Origin: Candidatus Hadarchaeota archaeon
Lineage (GTDB): Archaea > CAYQAE01 > CAYVLA01
Assembly: GCA_964621445.1 (NCBI GenBank)
Contig: CAZUNO010000012.1
Span: 16,516-80,515 of the forward strand
Reading direction: 5' to 3'
DNA length: 64,000 nucleotides
Shown piece by piece: positions 60,608 to 64,000 of the stretch. Position 1 is the stretch's first letter. Each line of letters opens with the position of its first letter. Both the position numbers and the translations under genes were made by a program. The notes below the pieces were generated by a model. The model worked only from the letters and a program-made list of their open reading frames with translations, ran no database searches and had not been told where the DNA came from.

Positions 60608-61564
60608 TTGGATATCTTGAGATTGGCCCTAATTGGGGCAGGAGCCATGGCCAACTCCGTTCATTACCCCTCACTTGAGGAGTTGCCAGGCGTGGAATTA
60701 TCGGCCCTCTGCGACCTGGTCGAGGAGAAACTGAACAGGACTGGCGAGAGATTCGGTATAGAGGATAGATACACCGACTATGAGAAGATGCTGGAGGAGG
60801 TCAAACCAGATGCGGTATACGTGATTACGCCTCCCCATCAGCTTTTTGATATCGCCATTAACTGCCTTTCACGGGGACTGGACCTCTTTACCGAAAAACC
60901 TCCCGGAGTGACCACCTTTCAATGTAGAAGACTGGCCATGAAGGCGGAGGAGAACGAATGTCTAACCATGGTGGGGTTTAATAGGAGGTATATACCTCTC
61001 CTGGATCAAGTTGTGAACAGGGCCAGGTCAAGGGGACCGATCCTACACGCAGTGGCCACCTTCTACAAGAACATGATCGGTTCTCCACCGTATTATAATG
61101 GATCAGTTGACATGTTGACCTGTGACATGATACACGCGGTGGATGCCTTGCGCTGGTTCTGTGGCGAGCCAACGAAGGTTAAGAGCACCTTAAAATGTCT
61201 GAATGCTGATTACCAAAACGCGTTTAATGCATTGATGGAGTTCGAGTCCGGGGGCACCGGGGTTCTAATGAGCAACTGGTCGGTGGGTAGCCGGATACAT
61301 AGGTTTGAAGTACACAGTAAGGGCTTTTCGGCGACCATAAATCCCAATACGGAGGCTGAGATATTTGATGGGTCAAGGGAAGCCATTCATATAAGCACCG
61401 AGGAAGCCGCGGGGTCTGATCTATATCACAAATTCTACGGCTTCTTCGGTGAGAATGCCCACTTCATCGAATCGTTGAGGGAAAATAAGATGCCGATGAC
61501 CAATCTCAAGGACGCGACCAGGACAATGGAGCTCGTGGATAGAATCCGTCATTCACAGCTCTGA
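60608..61564 (+). CDS. Gfo/Idh/MocA family oxidoreductase
   Basis: IGAGAMA, EKPPG, VGFNRRY, DMIHAVD. Confidence 0.92.
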   Translation: MDILRLALIGAGAMANSVHYPSLEELPGVELSALCDLVEEKLNRTGERFGIEDRYTDYEKMLEEVKPDAVYVITPPHQLFDIAINCLSRGLDLFTEKPPGVTTFQCRRLAMKAEENECLTMVGFNRRYIPLLDQVVNRARSRGPILHAVATFYKNMIGSPPYYNGSVDMLTCDMIHAVDALRWFCGEPTKVKSTLKCLNADYQNAFNALMEFESGGTGVLMSNWSVGSRIHRFEVHSKGFSATINPNTEAEIFDGSREAIHISTEEAAGSDLYHKFYGFFGENAHFIESLRENKMPMTNLKDATRTMELVDRIRHSQL

Positions 61565-61642
61565 ATACCTACCGACCCAGGATAGCCAATAAGTGCAAAG
61601 AACTATCCAATCATTTCGTCCAGTGTTAAAAAATAGCCATTA

Positions 61643-62098
61643 ATGATACCGGTTATGGAACAAAAGGGTGAACCAATCAATCTACTGAAATGGCGCACTG
61701 TGGTGGCCGTGATGGCCACCCTTATTCTCTGCATTCCCTGGTATTGGGCGCAAACGAACCATCCAGGAAAGAGGACCGTTTATGGAAAGGTCACCAGGGT
61801 CATTGACGGAGACACACTCGATGTTTCCGGGGTGGGCAGGGTCAGGCTGGTCGGGGTAAACACCCCCGAGGAGCACGAAGAGGGCTATCTAGAGGCAACC
61901 GACTTTCTCCGGTCCATATGCCTGGGAAAGACCGTGAGCATAGATATCGACGATGAGAATAGTAGAGACCATTTCGGCAGAATACTTGCCGTCGTCTACC
62001 GGGAGGGGAGGAACATTAACGCCGAGATACTGAAATCAGGCCATGGAGAAATACTATATCTCCCCCCCTCGGAATTCGACCCCTTTGAATGGATCTGA
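61643..62098 (+). CDS. thermonuclease (SNase) family protein, membrane-anchored
   Basis: VIDGDTL, VRLVGVNTPE, DHFGRILA. Confidence 0.92.
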   Translation: MIPVMEQKGEPINLLKWRTVVAVMATLILCIPWYWAQTNHPGKRTVYGKVTRVIDGDTLDVSGVGRVRLVGVNTPEEHEEGYLEATDFLRSICLGKTVSIDIDDENSRDHFGRILAVVYREGRNINAEILKSGHGEILYLPPSEFDPFEWI

Positions 62099-62108
62099 AT
62101 AGTTGAGC

Positions 62109-62714
62109 CTATTCCTTGAGTTCGTTGAGTCTTCCCTTTATCTGCTCAATCTGGGTTTGAAGCGACTTAAGGTAGTTTTCCAGCTGCTCTATTTCCTCCT
62201 CCTTATTGGAGGGCGTTTGTGGGGTTGGTTGGGGAGTACCCACTCCAGCACCCATGCCGGAGCCCATTCCAGGCTGCATTCTTCTGCCCATACCGGCACC
62301 CATACCTCGGCCCATACCTCGGACCATACCGGCGCCACCCACTCCCGCGTGTGCTGAAGCGGTAGCCTGTCCTGCATTCTGTAGCTGTCCCTCGTTGAAC
62401 ATATCTATTGCCTGCTTCACAGTTCCCGAAGCACCCACCAATATGTCTAACCCGGCCGCGGAGAGAGTAGCATAGGCATTTGGACCAACGTTTCCGGTGA
62501 TAACAGCCTCGACACCCTTTGAAGCAACGTTCTGAGCGGCGGATATACCAGCGCCACCCATCGCCTGTGCGGCCTCATTCTTAATCGACTCGAATTCAAG
62601 GCTCTCAGAATCGGCGATAACGAAAGCCGGACATCTACCAAATCTCGGATCAACCTGGGAATCAAGGCCAGGTCCAGTTGAACTTACACATACTTTCAAA
62701 TCAAAACCTCCCAC
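62109..62714 (-). CDS. NifB/NifX family protein with Gly/Met-rich linker and coiled-coil tail
   Basis: VDPRFGRC, GGAGI.AAQ, TGNVGPNA, (GMG)n. Confidence 0.9.
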   Translation of the reverse strand: MGGFDLKVCVSSTGPGLDSQVDPRFGRCPAFVIADSESLEFESIKNEAAQAMGGAGISAAQNVASKGVEAVITGNVGPNAYATLSAAGLDILVGASGTVKQAIDMFNEGQLQNAGQATASAHAGVGGAGMVRGMGRGMGAGMGRRMQPGMGSGMGAGVGTPQPTPQTPSNKEEEIEQLENYLKSLQTQIEQIKGRLNELKE

Positions 62715-62899
62715 ATGTTTGCATTAGCACATAAATCGGAGCTGAATAAAATAGTTTCCGTGTCTATGGTCTCTTGAAATGGATAGTACCTTAAGGATTT
62801 GAATACCAATTCACAATAAAACCCAACATCGACATCCATTGAATGACTACCCCAACGGAATTCCAAAAACTAAAGAAACATTAGAACCAAACACTCCTT

Positions 62900-64000
62900 A
62901 TGGAAAAGCGGCTTCTAATAGTATCCCTTCTATTCATCTTATTCCTCCTCCCCCTCACCGCGGTTCAGGGTAACAGTCCGGCTGGTAACTGGTCCGAATT
63001 ACCTCCATATCTTTTCGCTTGGTACACGGGACGAAATGGATGGCGCCAGGGCGAGTTCCCCCAGGATAGGTTTCCGGGAATGAACCTTATCTATTCCTCC
63101 TGGTCATTACATCACGCCGATCTGGAAACGATAATCGAAGTATCCAAGAATATGAGCATTGCAGCCAAAAAGAAGGGAGCAGTATTAGTCATTGGCCTTT
63201 ACTGGTCAAGGAAACTTGATATCAATTTTCAAGAACTGTTCACTACGGAAAGCGAGAAAGCTGGGTTCCCTCTCCATCCGATAAGCGCTATTGGAAAGAG
63301 GCAGTTATAAAGCCAGCACAAGCACTGGCCAACCTATCCCTAGACTATCCAATCTATGGTGTATTCTGGGACCTGGAACTCTATCACGAGGACCATGTTG
63401 AAGAACCTACGTATTCCTGGGATCAGTATAGCCTGAACAGATTCGGGGAGGAAAAGGGAATACAGATACCCAAACTAAACGACTCCTACCGACGAAACTG
63501 GATGCACGAACAAGGACTAATCGAGGAATACAAAAACTGGCAAGAACAAAAAGTCTACCAATACGCAAGAGAAACCGAACAACTCGTACACCAAATCAAC
63601 CCCGACTTCGCCCTAGGAACCCTAGCCTACTACGACGACTGGTTCGGCTGGGTGATTAGAAAAGGATTCGATAACCAAAGAGTACCCACCTTTCTCTGGT
63701 GTGAAAGAACTTATAGCGGATACATGGTGGGCGAGCACCCCCAAGAAGTCCAGGCAGCCCTAGACAAGATAGAATCACTGGGACTAAACTGCCTGTACTT
63801 CCCCGGATTCTGGATAAACAGGAGATCACCCGAGGAACTCCTGGACGATATGCAACATGGGCTGACCAAATGCAGCCGTTTCTGGATCTATTCTAAGGGA
63901 ACCCCGGAGCCAAAAACCGGGCGAAGATGGGAGGAATACGTCTTCGCCTTCAGTTTCTTCGAGGAATACTTCTTCAACTCAACGGGAGGATTCGCCTTCC
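62900..64000 (+). CDS. secreted TIM-barrel/glycoside-hydrolase-like hypothetical protein, frameshifted and 3'-partial
   Basis: Signal peptide; one extra T in the T4 run at 63226-63229 joins a frame open to the window end (PSPSDKRYW, GVFWDLELY, HQINPDF). Confidence 0.65.

Noticed and set aside
62900-64000. Frameshifts at 63226-63229, 20950-20953 and possibly ~17775 and ~44070 as programmed recoding
   Set aside because: Most are single-base indels in short homopolymers with no slippery heptamer or stimulatory structure; sequencing error or decay is more parsimonious.

Overview
Archaeal chromosomal segment (histone, PAN, aMBF1, class I LysRS, CTP-dependent RibK, Mch, BHB-type tRNA introns); I cannot assign the lineage from this window. 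Bases 1-36400 are mostly housekeeping, cofactor and amino-acid genes. Bases 45200-64000 are a bacterial-type carbohydrate catabolism region. Two features stand out. (1) An elongator tRNA-Met gene (25559-25750, minus strand) appears to be split by four introns, one of them in the 3' acceptor strand (68/69). Its 3' trailer can form a 14-bp helix with the T-arm 5' strand, which would free the bases needed for that intron's BHB motif. (2) An 8.1-kb integrative element (37138-45241) is bounded by a 10-bp direct repeat, and its reconstructed attP is dif-like (11-6-11). It splits a ~948-aa glycoside hydrolase gene, which precise excision would restore in frame. It carries an inward-facing tyrosine recombinase at each end (one intact, one truncated), a histone gene, a surface FG-GAP-repeat protein and decayed cargo. 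Several single-base frameshifts in homopolymer runs suggest residual sequencing error. All functional calls come from motifs recognised by eye; no searches were run.
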